Source: Selaginella moellendorffii | Taxonomy: Eukaryota; Plantae; Lycopodiophyta | Length of the DNA: 64,000 nucleotides | Assembly (NCBI RefSeq): GCF_000143415.4 | Contig: NW_003314332.1 | Coordinates: 558,001 to 622,000, forward strand | Direction: 5' to 3' | Part shown: piece by piece, positions 36,760 to 49,399 of the stretch | How the letters are laid out: every line of letters starts with the position of its first letter | Numbering within the stretch: position 1 is the stretch's first letter | Notes under the pieces: generated by a model | What the model saw: the letters and a program-made list of their open reading frames with translations, nothing else | Databases searched by the model: none | What the model was told of the DNA's origin: nothing | Translations under genes and position numbers: made by a program

Positions 36760-37215
36760 TGTAATCTCTTAAATTTAGACTTTTCAGGCCAGTACTATTC
36801 AAACCTAAAGATGTTTAACCCTAAGTATCCCAAAATTTTTAACGAATTGGAAAAAAGGATGCACTTTTATTTATGGGCCCTTTCCCTCTATATTTAAACT
36901 TTATACATCATCTTTTGAGTCATTTTCTTTGGTTGCTTACAATCCATTATACTTCTTTACAAGTTCACACCCTCGTAAATAGAAGTTAAGAGCCCCAACT
37001 CTCCCAAGAGCCGAGACTAATTTGATGCCAAATGTAACCTCCTAAATTTGGATCTCCTGAGAGTCCAGTACTATTCAAACCCAAAGATGCCTAATTTTAA
37101 GTATCCCAAGAACCTTAATTGATTAAAAAAAAGGGTGCACTTTTATTCATAGGCCCTTTTTTTTTATATTTGAACTATGGATTGTATTTCGAGTCATTCT
37201 CTTTGGTTGTTTATA
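36760..37215 (-). mobile_element. Cassandra-like TRIM (LTRs 36760-36941 and 37033-37215, ~90-bp internal region)
   Basis: Two ~180-bp direct repeats TGTAA..TTACA/TTATA, PBS-like TGGCATCA on the minus strand, homologous to the 5S-bearing LTR at 40300. Confidence 0.75.
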
Positions 37216-37658
37216 CATAGCCACTTGTGTGAATTAAAGCCTTCTCTTGAATATCTTCAAATACATATTTAAACATGCTAACTATTATGAGATGTCTTTT
37301 AACAATTATATCATCTATGTCAAGGGTTATTTGAGTTAGTTATGCAATTTGATATTTGCTTCTAGAGTTTCTTGCTTTATACAAAGTTAAATATGTCAAA
37401 GTAGATTAAATTGGATATATTATAACTAGCACTTCCTCAAGATCTTATGAGATTTATTTTTACAACTCTTTTTGATTGTTATAATGGAGGTTGATGTTGT
37501 TGTTACTTTTGTTCAAGGACAAAGATAAGGTCATGGTTGTGGTCATGATGTTTGCTATTGAGCATGTGATAAAGTTTATCATATATATCAATATTGTTAA
37601 CATTTCCTGTTTTGATACTTGAAATTCTTTCAAGAAATGGAAAGTCACATAAGTAGTG

Positions 37659-37852
37659 TATAATCTCTTGAGTTTAGACTTCTTAAAAGATCATCCAACC
37701 CAATACTATTTAAACCCAAAGACGTTTAACCCCAAGTATTCCAAGACCCTTAACCGATTGGAAAAAAGGGTGCACTTTTATTTATAAACTCTTTCCCTTT
37801 ATATTTGAACTTTATGGATTATCTCTCAAATCGTTCTTTTTGGTCATTTACA
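37659..37852 (-). mobile_element. Solo LTR of the Cassandra-like family
   Basis: Homologous to the LTRs above; flanked by a perfect TAGTG duplication (37654-37658, 37853-37857). Confidence 0.8.
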
Positions 37853-37899
37853 TAGTGACTTTGCACAAATAAGTCAATGACCCCTTCATTCTTTCGAAA

Positions 37900-40290
37900 A
37901 TACAATCAAAGAATTCACTTAGCACTGGTTCATTCCATATTCACTTTCTAAGGTCAATTTTGTAATAAAAAGTCCTTTACTATCCTCTTTGTATTGGTCA
38001 ATATAGATTCATATTTTTCCTCTATTGCTTAGCTGAAATGGTTAAAGTGTGTATTTGGATCCAAGGATATAACTTATCTTAGGTACTAAATTTCTAGTGA
38101 AGATTTGCAAGTTAATGTTAATAAACCCTTAGTTATTTTGAAATTCCCTAGTCCAAAGTGTGAATGATATGCAGAGCTTCCTTAACAAAGTGCAATATCT
38201 TAATCATTTTATTAATCATCTTTCTAATCATACAACACTATTGCAAGTGTTGCTCAAATTGTTAATATCATCTTTTATTTGGTCTGAGGAATGTGAGTAA
38301 GCATTTATAAATCTCAAAAAACTATTGATGATTCTTTCAATTTAGTGTATCCTGACTACACTTAAGCACATGAATACTTTTGATATTGTTCTTAGGGGTG
38401 TGTTGATGCAAAAAAGTATAAGTGTACCTAGTCAACATTATCTTATTATATATATCAATTGTACATTATAACTAATAGAGGCAAACTACTTCATGATAAA
38501 GGAGCATTTAATAACAGTTCAAGATTTAAAATATATGCATACTTACATGGTTCTCCAACATTACTAAAGTGTGTACTTCATTATTAAAGAAGAAGAATGA
38601 TCATACTACTCAATATACTCTAAAACTTTAGATATATAATTTCAAGTTTATTCATCACCTAAGAAGTTTTATAGTTATTGCTAATATCCATTCTTAAATT
38701 CCTTTTTTTCTTTGCTCTCTTTTCATATTCTTAATAAGTATGTTGTTCTAACATTAATAAATTTTCCAGACAAGGATTTCATGCTATCAATGGCTATTAT
38801 ACTTGATGTTTAGTTTCTATAAGATGCGAAGCTTGATTTACCTTCTCTTAACATAAATTGTAAAGCTCAAAAGATTGATAGTTGTGAATTTGAAAGTTTT
38901 GTGATAGGTTTGAGAATCTTATATCATTTGTTGATAATTTGTTATTTTGGTATTTACATTCTCAATATCACTTTAAGAATAACCTTCTTTATTTTATGCA
39001 AATTGATTTTGATGAACATTTTCACCTAATAGTGCTTTTGATTTTTATTCTACTCTCTCTTCATGCTTCCCATAACTTGCCTATTTTTTTTAGTTATATA
39101 GGACATTATTGTATGACTAAAAAGTTGTATAAGTTTTTCTATTAGCTGGAAATACAACATAATGTTATTTAGTAAGTGTGTAGCTATATTTAGTGGCAAG
39201 TTCATAATCCTCCCTGTTATACTGTAAAAGAACAGTTAAAGTCAATTGTAACTTCCTATCTATTTAAGTTAATGACATTTGATTTTATAAGCCTTTTCCA
39301 TAGTTGATTGCTAACAATGAGTACATTATTATTACCTTTAACCACTTCACTCATTGAGTGGAAGTTAGTGCTCTTATTAATGTGTTTACAACTGTTATTA
39401 AATACTTCTTCCTCAATTGAATAATGTTTCAACATTTATGTCTAAAGTAGATTCTCTCAGATAATGATCCTATGTTTATAGCTAATGCATTTTACATTTA
39501 ATTGAGGATATGTCACATTTTCATAAGTGTTTATTATCTATAGATGGATGGTTTGGTAAAATAACTCGTTCGAACTTTCAAATAGATAATTTTGAAATAT
39601 TTGAACTTTCAATATTCAAATTGGGATGGTTTTTTACTATTTCTTTGGTATGCATATGTCATATAGGTACATAATTCTATTAATGTTTCACTATTTAACA
39701 TTTTATATACTCATGATCCAATATTGCTAATAGAGTTAAATTTATCTTTGTGATTATCATAAGTTGTTGATGTTAGGTCCTAAGATTAATATTTGACAAG
39801 CATTCTTCCTCTAGTTCAAATGAAGTCTGTTGAATGAACACTTAGGCCACGTACAAATAAGAAAATAATAGCATCACAACTCTCATCATCATCCACTTGT
39901 AAAGTACAAAATGGATGACTTAGTATTGGTTTATTTTCCTAATTTTGCGGTATATAGTTTGTATGCTAAGAGCAAGGGACCATGTCAAGTGTTATAACAA
40001 GTTGAACTGCAAGTTTATGAAATTCAACATGAGATCCAATAAGTTAATCCTCAAAAAATAATGCATATAAAATGGGTAAAGCACTTTATATAAAAGGATC
40101 AAGAATAAATGGCACCACCTATATATCAACTAGTGTCTCTTTTTAATGTTCCTCTAGATCTTAATCTATCAACCAAAGAATCCTATTATCCTTCTATCCT
40201 TCCAAAAAAAGGGGATGATGTGAAGTGTAGTGAGTACAACTATATTGTTATATATGATTATTAGCATAGTGAAATTTTATAGCTATTGGA
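37900..40290 (+). mobile_element. Heavily decayed AT-rich Ty3/gypsy pol remnant
   Basis: Faint RT/RNase H/integrase order and a purine tract AAAAAAAGGGGATGA before TG at ~40220; no long ORFs. Confidence 0.55.
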
Positions 40291-40299
40291 TTGGATCAC

Positions 40300-40715
40300 T
40301 GTAAGTAACTAAAGAGAACAACTTGAGAGATGATCCATGAAGTTCGAATATAAAAGGAAAAGGCCCATGAATAAGAATGCACCCCCTTTTCCAATTGGTT
40401 AAGGGTATTAGGATATTTGGGGTTAAGCTTCCTTGGGTTTGAATAGTACTGGGCTAGGTGACTTCCCGGGAAGTTCAAATTCAAAAGCTTACATTTGGTA
40501 TTAGAAAGGTCTCGGGTCTAACTCTGTTGGTTGGCTAGAGAATCACACCATATGTTAATTGACATTTGGTTGGTCTAGTTTGCTCCTGCTAGGCTTGACC
40601 CGAGGGGTAGGGTGTCAAGAGAGCGGGGCTTGGGATACTTGGCATTAAGCATCCTTGGGTTTGAATAATATTAAGCTAGGTGACTTCTCGGGAAGTCCAA
40701 ATTTAGGAGCTTACA
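40300..40715 (+). mobile_element. Cassandra-like TRIM with 5S rRNA-derived segment in its LTRs
   Basis: Perfect ATCAC TSD; 5' LTR 40300-40493 followed by TGGTATTAGA PBS; truncated 3' LTR; GTTAAGCTTCCTTGGGTTTGAATAGTACTGGGCTAGGTGACTTCCCGGGAAGT aligns to the 5S A-box/IE/C-box region. Confidence 0.85.
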
Positions 40716-41149
40716 ATCACTTTTTTCTATATATAAGCTAGGGTTCTTGGCTTTAATATATATATTTTTGTATTTCATTTTTTATATTTATATTGGATTA
40801 TATTATTTATTTATTTATATTTTATTTTCAATTTTATTTTAAATATTTATAAAGTATTGAAATTAAGACATAATATATTCTTTGATGAAGATAATAGACT
40901 AGTGAAACTAGCTGAAGTAGTTTTATATTATGAATATATTAACTTACAGTAACTAGTAGTAAAAATGAACTACAAATACTATAGGTAGTAAGATTCTGCC
41001 ATCACAAAATTCACTACAACAAACCATAGAAGGATCAAATTAACATATAAAAAAAATAATGATTATAAAAAAACCATTTATACTCATATCAATCATAAAA
41101 TATTTTAACTCATATTAACATAAAAAGAAGAAAAAATTTAAAAGAGGGT

Positions 41150-42290
41150 AAGGTTTAACTTCCATAAATTTAATATAAGTACTTTAGTTATTTAACCCCA
41201 CCAAATACCACTTAAAAGAGTCTCACTCAACTTCTATGGGTCCTTATCCCAAATTGGGGTATTTGCTAAGACCCTAAAAGTGGTTTCAAAACCACACCTA
41301 AGTGCTCTATATGTCCAAATCTCAGTTTAGCCACTTAAAGGTATTGTTAACATACCAAACTTTTATATTAATAAAAAATTACTTATGCCATGGTCATGTA
41401 TCTTAAAACTTAGACTATCCACTCATAAGTGGTCATTCTATAACCACTCTTTAGCATCTAATGCCCCAAAACATGGGGAAATGTTCATTATCCTTCAACA
41501 TCCTTTATTTGATCTCACAAAGTCCCTTTCCAATGGTAGTGCTCACTAACATTGCTATTAAGTCAATGCTAGGAAAGCCCATCTAATATATCCCACTAAC
41601 CTTTCAGACTTTCTCACCATATAACTATACTTTTAGTTATTAAGCAAGAAGACCACTCTTTTTTCTTTCCATAATCAAGGACTTTGATATGACATTTCAA
41701 AACACTGTAGTCTAATACAAGCTTTATAGATACTCTCCCCACTTTTTGCCACTAGAGTGCCCCAACCATATAGGTGAAGTGAGATTTTGATAAACCACGT
41801 AAAGTATCTAAGTAGGTAGTGCCACTTATATTTAAATTGGGAACATTGACCATTTAATCTCCTGAAGAAGCTCTTAAATACTCCACTAAATCATCTTATT
41901 TATTCATCTATATTTACTCTAGCCTTGGATTCCTCATTATTCATATTATCACCCACTACATAAATATAACTTTCTTTAATCACACTAGTTCCCTTGGAAC
42001 CTTATTATGCTATAAAGACCTACAAAACCTCCTAGGGTTTGGGAGATAAATAGATTTTTACCCTTTGAACTTGAAAGTAATCTTGTATTTGGTCTAGAAT
42101 TGGATTTTAGACTTGGTTTTGGATTTGATCTAAGCCCCAGTCTCGGACCCAATCTTATATTTGGTCTCAAACCCAATCTTAAACTTGATCTCGGACTTAA
42201 TCTCTCATACCCAATTTCAAATCTATCTTGAATTGATTTTGGACTTGATCTTATATCTTAGGCTTGGTCTCAACACTTCTATATGTTATA
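41150..42290 (-). mobile_element. Decayed gypsy remnant with degenerate LTR-type 12-bp array
   Basis: KWHYLL (RNase H) and H..P..GH (integrase zinc finger) remnants; 42090-42270 is an AT-shifted version of the TCGGAC/TCGATC array. Confidence 0.5.
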
Positions 42291-42899
42291 ACATTTGTCA
42301 TGTATTAATCATTATTTTGTCCCTTTCTAGAGATTCACTTATCCATAATTTTGTGGTTGTTCCTCAAGTGTTTCTTTAAAAGTTCCACTCCCACTCTTGA
42401 CTTTTAAATTGAAGCTTTTGTTCTAAATATATTTTCTCATTAAATTTTTGTTTTGGCCACTACTACATAGCCCACATTCAGCTCCATTTTAGGATTTATA
42501 GAGCATTCTTAAGGGATATTTTAATTTTTCTTTTATAAATGGATAAATTTTCCATCATTTACATAGAGTGACCTCCTTAGGATTTAAATAACAAACAATG
42601 ATCATTGACAAGATAAAAAGGAATTTTGTGTAGATAATATGTTTTTGTTTCTAGCATTGAGATTCATTGACTTAGCTATTTTTTATTTCTCTTTTTATTC
42701 ATTTTATTATTATATATATTTATGTAATATATGATGCTTATGTAAAAGAAAAACAAGATCATAAAAGAATATTCAACTTATTTTGGCAAGGTTTTTGAAA
42801 ATTTTGATAGATTTGTCAAGGTTGATTCTAAGAAAACACAAAAGTTCAGCATTGAAATACTCAAATTTTTACCTAGCTTAATTCCTAAAGCTTCTTAAT

Positions 42900-43689
42900 G
42901 TGTTAGATTCCCATGGAGTCCAAGAGGAGTAAAAGACCTCTTGTTGCAGGATTGGGACAATTCTCCACTTGCTTCGAAATATAAAATGAATAATATGACA
43001 AGCAGAAACAGAAGGAAAAACAAAACAAAGTCTAACATCCAAATCTGATCATACCTATTTTCAAGATGTCTACAAAAAGTTAAAGCATCACTTATAATCA
43101 AATTGAGATAAAGAGAAGAAAAAGATACCTAATACTCACCTCAAACAAAAATTCAATGTTCAGCCTGATCCAAAGACAGTACCTTGTTGCTTGTAGGTGC
43201 CAAACGAGGAAATGAATGGAACATTTCCAGAGGCAGTAGCAGCAAGGCACACACTCAGAGAATTTCGCTGCTTGTTGCCTTGTCCACTCATTGTCACGCC
43301 TGTCCAATAGCTCGCCTGGAGATAAGAGATCAAACCTTGGAGGTTTTCTCTTTCCATTGTAATCTCTATAGAAGAACGTTGCTCAGACGAGATACTTGTT
43401 GCCCAGCACCACTGGAACCTCGTAGCAATTCTTCTCATTGTATCCATCCAGGAAATATCTCAGCATTCTGAGATCTTGAGAAGAATTTGAAATGGAAACA
43501 CTGGTCACAGCACATGTGGAGGTGAATCCGGCCCAGCATCTCTCACCCACACCTGGCCTCCAGAATCTGTGAAATCAATCGTTCCACCTTTAGAAGATCT
43601 TGAAAAAAAATGAATGGAAAGTGAGGCGAGAGCTTACTCGCATCATGCACTAGGATAAGACCGCCAATGAAGAGGAGCGCCAGCGCCAT
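42900..43689 (-). pseudogene. Malectin-like domain (LRR-RLK ectodomain) pseudogene
   Basis: Signal peptide MALALLFIGGLILVHDA; LRYFLDG..KNCYEVPV..KYLV*ATFFY..PPRFDL; SLSVCLAATASGNVPFISS; stop and frameshifts. Confidence 0.8.
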
Positions 43690-43814
43690 TCTCTAGCATG
43701 TTATGTGGCACATCACTTGCCACATAAGCCAAGATTGCCAGTCTGTGAGAACATTTCTTATGATTATATCATTGAAGTTTTATTAATGTCAAATGAGAAA
43801 TCGAGGATTTCTCT

Positions 43815-44346
43815 AGTGTCAGACCACCATAGCAACAGTAGCAATCACCTAGATGACACCAACAAGCTCACCTTCACAGCACCAAAGAGCCTACTAGGAG
43901 AGCTGTGGTGGATTTACTCAGGAGGAAGCTGGAAGAGGAGAAGGAGCAACTTTCCAAGGCAGTGTATGATACCAAAGCTATGACACTGAACAGCCTTCAC
44001 ACGGGACTCCCCAGCGTATTCCAGTTGTTGTCGGGCTTCGAAAGAATTTTCTCCCGCTCTACCACAACAGGAGGAAGCTAGTGCCATGATCTAGAGAAGG
44101 AAGCTTGTAATGATCTAGAGGAAGGTTGCAGCTATTCACCATGATCTAGAGAAGAAAGCTCGCAGCTATTCGCCGTATTCTCGAGGAGGAAGTTCCCAGC
44201 TATTCGCCATGATCTAGAACTCAAGGGGGAGGAGTTTTTGCCACGATCTATTTCATGCTTCTACTTAGTAAATGTTATGAGTAATATACTCACGAATAAG
44301 CAAATCTTCCCGCTTTATTCCATCCAGGGTTCTTGGGCTAGGGTTT
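43815..44346 (+). pseudogene. Duplicated 3' end and 3' UTR of DUF632 copy 2
   Basis: Aligns with ~34903-35432 (GGAGGAAGCTGGAAGAGGAGAAGGAGCAA, ATGACACTGAA), including the 33-bp repeat array. Confidence 0.85.
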
Positions 44347-44358
44347 TGGGGAGCTCCG

Positions 44359-46184
44359 CTATGATCTGCGGCACACCCTAGCATCCGTGAAGACTAAACC
44401 AGGTTTGCACAGGAATCCTCTCTCCGGCGCGCAATGTCTGTCCTCCTTGCACAGGCACAGGCCCTCGAGCGCGCAGTAGTCGCGGTAGACCGAGGCGTTT
44501 TGCTTGATCCCGAGCACGGCGTCGGACCACTCGCTGGAGAAGTATCCGTCGGGATCGTAACGCTGGCGGACCTCGAGGAATTTGGCCAGGTTTGTGACTC
44601 GAGAGCCCATGTCCTCGAACATCGCGTTTTTGTTCTTCCCCCAGTGTGGCCTGCCTTTGTATTTCTTGAGCAGCATTTGCTCGATCTCATCCGTCGCGTC
44701 CTGGTCCAGCCGGGGCGTGTTTTGCCGGCGGTCTCTGAAGTAGAGCAGCTCGAATGCAACTGAGTCCTCGGGCTCGGCGAGGTAGGCCGTGGATCCTTTG
44801 ATGAATCTGAGCTGTGCTCCGCCATAGATATTTGCACCGCAGAGCTTGGTTGGGTCCATTCCATCGCGGATCTTCTTTATGTCTTGGATGGCTTCGTTGA
44901 TCCTGGAGAGTGGGATTGCTAGGGATGTCTGGAAGTAGAATTGTCCAGGAACGTCGGGGTCCCAGTAGCATGTTAGCCTCTCCCCGGATGCTGATCGTGT
45001 GTTGTTTAGTGCAGTGTTTTGGCAGCCTCCAGCGGTTTGGAGCTGGTGATTAAATCCCACGACTGGATATCCGCGAAAGGTATTGCTCCTGTCATTCACC
45101 AGGCCATCTCCGCTCGAGACTCGGTTCTCAACTCCGTTTAGTGATTGTTGGCAGACGAGGGAAGCGTTCATCTGGGACATGAAGTTCTCCTCTACGTAAA
45201 AGAATCACGATTTCAGCGTAAGGTGAGAACTCTGATTTTTATGAGATGTTGGAGCTTACCTCGGACTCTAGACTGTCTTACGTTTGTCTCTGGAGCAGGA
45301 TCATTGCCAGCGTTCCTTCCCTCGCCAGGGGTACTTGCCGAGACCTTGTTGTCTACCCTCAGCAGGATCTTCTTCTGAGAGATGTACCAGTTGATATCCC
45401 CAAACGCATACCTGCTTGCGAATCCAGCAACGTCATTCTCGAGGGTGCTGTCGTCGCGGGCCTGCTTGGTGATGGAGCGCTTGAACATCGGCTCCACGTC
45501 GAGCGTGACCGTGGATATGGCTCCAAGGACGCCAATAGACAGCTTGGCTGCATTCAGGTCCGGGCTTGATTTCCCAAGTTTGATGACTTTGGCATAACCT
45601 TGCTCCCTTGATGCAGGAACGACGATAGTGATTCCGGAGACATAGTCATGCACTGCTCCACCTTTCCCAAGCAGACTGCTGCCGTGCGAGCCCGTGCTTA
45701 TTACTCCGGCGATTGATAGACCGTTGAAGTAAGGCGTACAGGGCAGTGCCAGATTCTGCGCAGCTAGCCTCGCCAGGAGATCTTGAAGCTGGACTCCTGC
45801 GTCGGCGGTGACGGTCATAGCGTTGCTGTCGATGACAATTCTCGAGTCATACCTGCTGGTGCTAATCAGGAGTCCGGAGCTTCCTCCTGGACATGCGGCG
45901 CGAACGAGGCTGTGAGAGAGCTTACTCACAACCTTGATCTTCTGCCTCTGCTGCACACCGCTTGCAACCGCGGCAACGAGCTCAGCTTCGGTGGTTGGGT
46001 AAGCCACATTTGCTACACCGCACAAAGCTCTCTCATACCAGATCCCTTGATAGTTTTGCAGGGTGCAGGCACTGCTCCCGCTCCCGCAGCTGATTGGGAG
46101 AATTGCTACCGCGGAGCTGCAGCAGAGAAGCAGGATCATCACCCACACACCTGGAAGAACACTCCATGCTCCGGTCAGCCTCAT
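44359..46184 (-). CDS. GULLO: L-gulonolactone oxidase-like FAD oxidase; exons 46184-45260 and 45191-44359
   Basis: Signal peptide; YPTTEAELVAAV, SHSL, GVISTGSHGSSLLGKGGAVHDYV, SIGVLGAIS; C-terminal EIEQM...GRPHWGKNKN, DPDGYFSSEWSD, CALEGLCLCKEDRHCAP; 68-nt GT-AG intron. Confidence 0.92.
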
Positions 46185-47479
46185 TGCGGTGCTGGTCGCT
46201 GCTGTGGAAGCATACAAACAAGTGATTTTCTCTTTTCTATATGTTTGTAGCCGAGCTGAGCTTTCGTTTTATGTAGCTGGCTGGCAGCCTGACTGGACCG
46301 GCTGGCTCGACGTCGCTTATCCATTCTGAGGCGTATAAAAAGCTGACTTTACCAGGCAAAAGCGTGTGGGGGCCAAGAACTCTACGGAGATAAGAACACT
46401 TAAATGACAGGAAGAACTCTCGAGCGTCAAGGAACTCATGCTCTTCATAAGGATTTCCATCCAGAAGCGGAGGATATACAGTCGCTGTTGAGTGGTGGAT
46501 TGTGACAATCACCGATCAAACAAAAGGGATTCGGATTCTTGCTTTAAGTTGGCGTAAGCAGCTGGAAATTCTGCAAGCGGTCAGGAAGTGGACGAGCTGT
46601 GGCTGGCGGCCGGCTTGCTCGCTTGCAGAAACAGCGACACAATCTTTGAGAACACGCGAGATTCGAAGTCGTGGCTCTCGCGTATCGAATGTCGTGCACG
46701 GCCGTAAAGACTCGCTCGTTTTCTATGTGGAGCTTCCTTCCAGGAAACTTGGAAAGTGCCTCTTCTCTTGCTTACATTAATTACTGAGCTTTGTATTTTG
46801 CAATTCAAAGAATAATCAAAATGATTTTCATTAGAATGGGAAATTTAAAGGCAAAAGTGAGTTTAAATCAATTTCTAAGCTAATTTGGCATTATACCAGA
46901 AGTAAATTTAATTTTGGAGTGATAAAATTATCATGCAGAACAAATTGTGTGGTTCCATCCCAGAGTAACATGATCTCTTGGATTTTTACAAGTAGTGCTA
47001 TTTGTTTGTCTACTATCAACCTATTTTATATAATTTTAATTGGTATGCAGTAACTGATTATGTGATGCATCGCTATCAACAGTGCCTTTGGTATCACTGC
47101 AAAGGTTTAGCACTTTGTGGCTATGATTATTAATATCAACTACATCCTGTTAAAAGTTTTAAATACATTGGCAACCTCAACAACACATCCAAGATTATCA
47201 TGATGTATACCAATAGCATTAGTAAATTATGATATATAGCTTGGAGCACAATATGAACGAAAAAAGTTCATCACTAAAAACTTTCCTGCTCCAAATTTAT
47301 ATAAACTCAGAATATTAGATTTAATTCCCAATATCACTGATGGAATAGTAGTATTAACCAAATATGTAAAATTTGGCATCATATAATTAATATCATTACC
47401 CCCATTTCAATAAAATTAGCTTCATCCAAATGATCTTTTACTTGTTTGTGCAGGTAATATGTGAAGTGTAGCAAAAGAA

Positions 47480-47801
47480 TGAGGATATAAAGAAGGTGGA
47501 CAAACTGTAGCTCCAGTATGACCAAAATTCAAATTTGTGAAATAAATTAACTATTATATCTTAAACTAGAACATGTAAAATCACTAAGTTTCAGACCACG
47601 AGTCAAAAAATCAATAAACAAATATCCATCACTAAGTCTCCCAGTAGGCTTTCCAATTGTCATTCCATATGGAAGATGTCCAGAAAGGCTTAAACCACCG
47701 GCTTCTAAATTCAGATTGCGAGTGTTTGATAGTGAATCAGTAAAACTAGAGATCGCAATTGGATATATATTAAATTGAAAGCTACGTGTGTGTGCTTTCA
47801 T
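47480..47801 (-). pseudogene. AT-rich GDSL esterase/lipase pseudogene
   Basis: AISSFTDSLSNTRN..PYGMTIGKPTGRLSDGYLFIDFL matches block I (FGDSL.DTGN) and PTGR.SDG motifs with degenerate residues. Confidence 0.8.
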
Positions 47802-48159
47802 TTTTATTTCATTGTTGATATTTTTACATTAAAGGTTATTAAATTATGCACTCAATAATTTAGAATTAAATCTACCTTATAATTCGAGGAAGAGGTAATA
47901 ATGGCTTTCTGATCGTATGCAAGTTTGTAGAGTCCTGTCTTTGATACTTTCCATGGCCGAAATCTTTTCCGTATTTGTACACTGAACTCATTTGACAGCG
48001 GACAAATTGTGTCGAGGCTGAGAAGCAGGCATATGTCAGGAACTGCAATTAAGCAAGTGGTTCAGGCTAACGTTACCACTTAGGAACGGGAGTGACGCCT
48101 GCAAAGTCCAAGGCCTCCAGATCTCTCATCCCCAAATTCACAACCAAAGCATTCCATCA

Positions 48160-48836
48160 TTGAAATTCTGCCTTTCGCTATGCCTAAGCTTCAAGAATCT
48201 TGCAGCCTTACCAAAAGACCAGCTTCTCCAATTCGATCGACACCTTTACTTCCAACACTTCCATGTCTTTGACCTTGTTATCATCGTCAAACTCCACCCA
48301 GGGAACTCCAATGTCACTCGCGAAGTGCTGCGGTGCATACACTAATGCAGCTCCATGAACCCAGCGGTTTCACAGCTTCTGCTTGGAAAGCTTGACAACC
48401 TTTTCCAATGGAATGAAGTGATTGAAATGGAGTAAAGCCCGAGTCGTGTTAAGTGGAATGCAGTCCTCAGGATTCCATTTGCCTTCAAGCAAGTGCTGCA
48501 AGTACTCGTGCATTGCCACGAGAAGAATGATCCTAGCAACCAGCTCGCCCCTCTCCCGTTCTACAACGCAAACTTCTCTATAGCGGGACGCAGATATCTG
48601 TGATTGTGCATAAGCCGTGCCGCTGCCCCAACACGGCTCCACTGACACTTAATGTGATCATTCGTCATCGCACGTCGCCACGAAGCCTGCCATGAAACAT
48701 GAGTCGGAGAACAGCTGCGGTCCGATAGAGGCCATGAACAAGGCAGCAGCCTGTTCCTGCGACAGCGCTTGCTGGGGAACGATTTTCTTACGACAGCGAT
48801 CAGCCAGCTTATACTTTGCGAATCCCACGCTCTGCC
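48160..48836 (-). pseudogene. 3' part of a P-loop protein gene (5' part at 49400-50134, inverted)
   Basis: VGFAKYKL, FVATC, RGELVARIILLVAM, FNHF; broken by frameshifts. Confidence 0.45.
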
Positions 48837-49126
48837 CACAGAGAAAAGAATCCATACTTCTCGGATTACCACGGGAGTGAACTTAACACAGGTTCCAGCT
48901 CCAACGTCGTCAAGACAAACAAAGCCCACATGGTGATTTTCATAGTTCCCAAGCTCTTGGATTTGTGCTTTATGAGAGAAGAGTTTCTGGTTTCAGCCGA
49001 GAAGCTGGAAATCAGGTACGCGAGAAAGGCCTGCTGGCTGCTCGAGTGTAAATGGAAGGAACTGCCACCATTAGGATGAGTCGCCGTTCATGCTTAGGAT
49101 TGCTGTGAAGCATGATAGACTTTGAA
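48837..49126 (-). pseudogene. 5' part of a paralog of the 513-aa membrane protein
   Basis: Aligns with 59170-59548 (FVCLDDVGAGTCVKFTPVVIR). Confidence 0.85.
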
Positions 49127-49399
49127 CATTGCCCTCGTGAACTGGGATCAATGTAGCTGTTATCACAACGAGAAGGGATCCCCCCTTGTCCTGATATCTG
49201 CCCAACTAATTTGGAATTTGCTTCTAAGTATTCAGAAGATGAAACTCGGTCAGCTTCGCCATGCACGATGGATCGAAAATGATGGATTGGTGGGGTACTG
49301 AAGATTTGCCTCACGGAAACTTTGATGTCAAGTTATTGTGCAATTCGCAGTTCGATCAATCCTTTTCATAATGTCAACTGCTCAAAGTATCTCGGGCTC

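Noticed and set aside
40422-40476. A functional 5S rRNA gene
   Set aside because: Only the internal promoter region is present, embedded in an LTR; no full ~120-nt gene.
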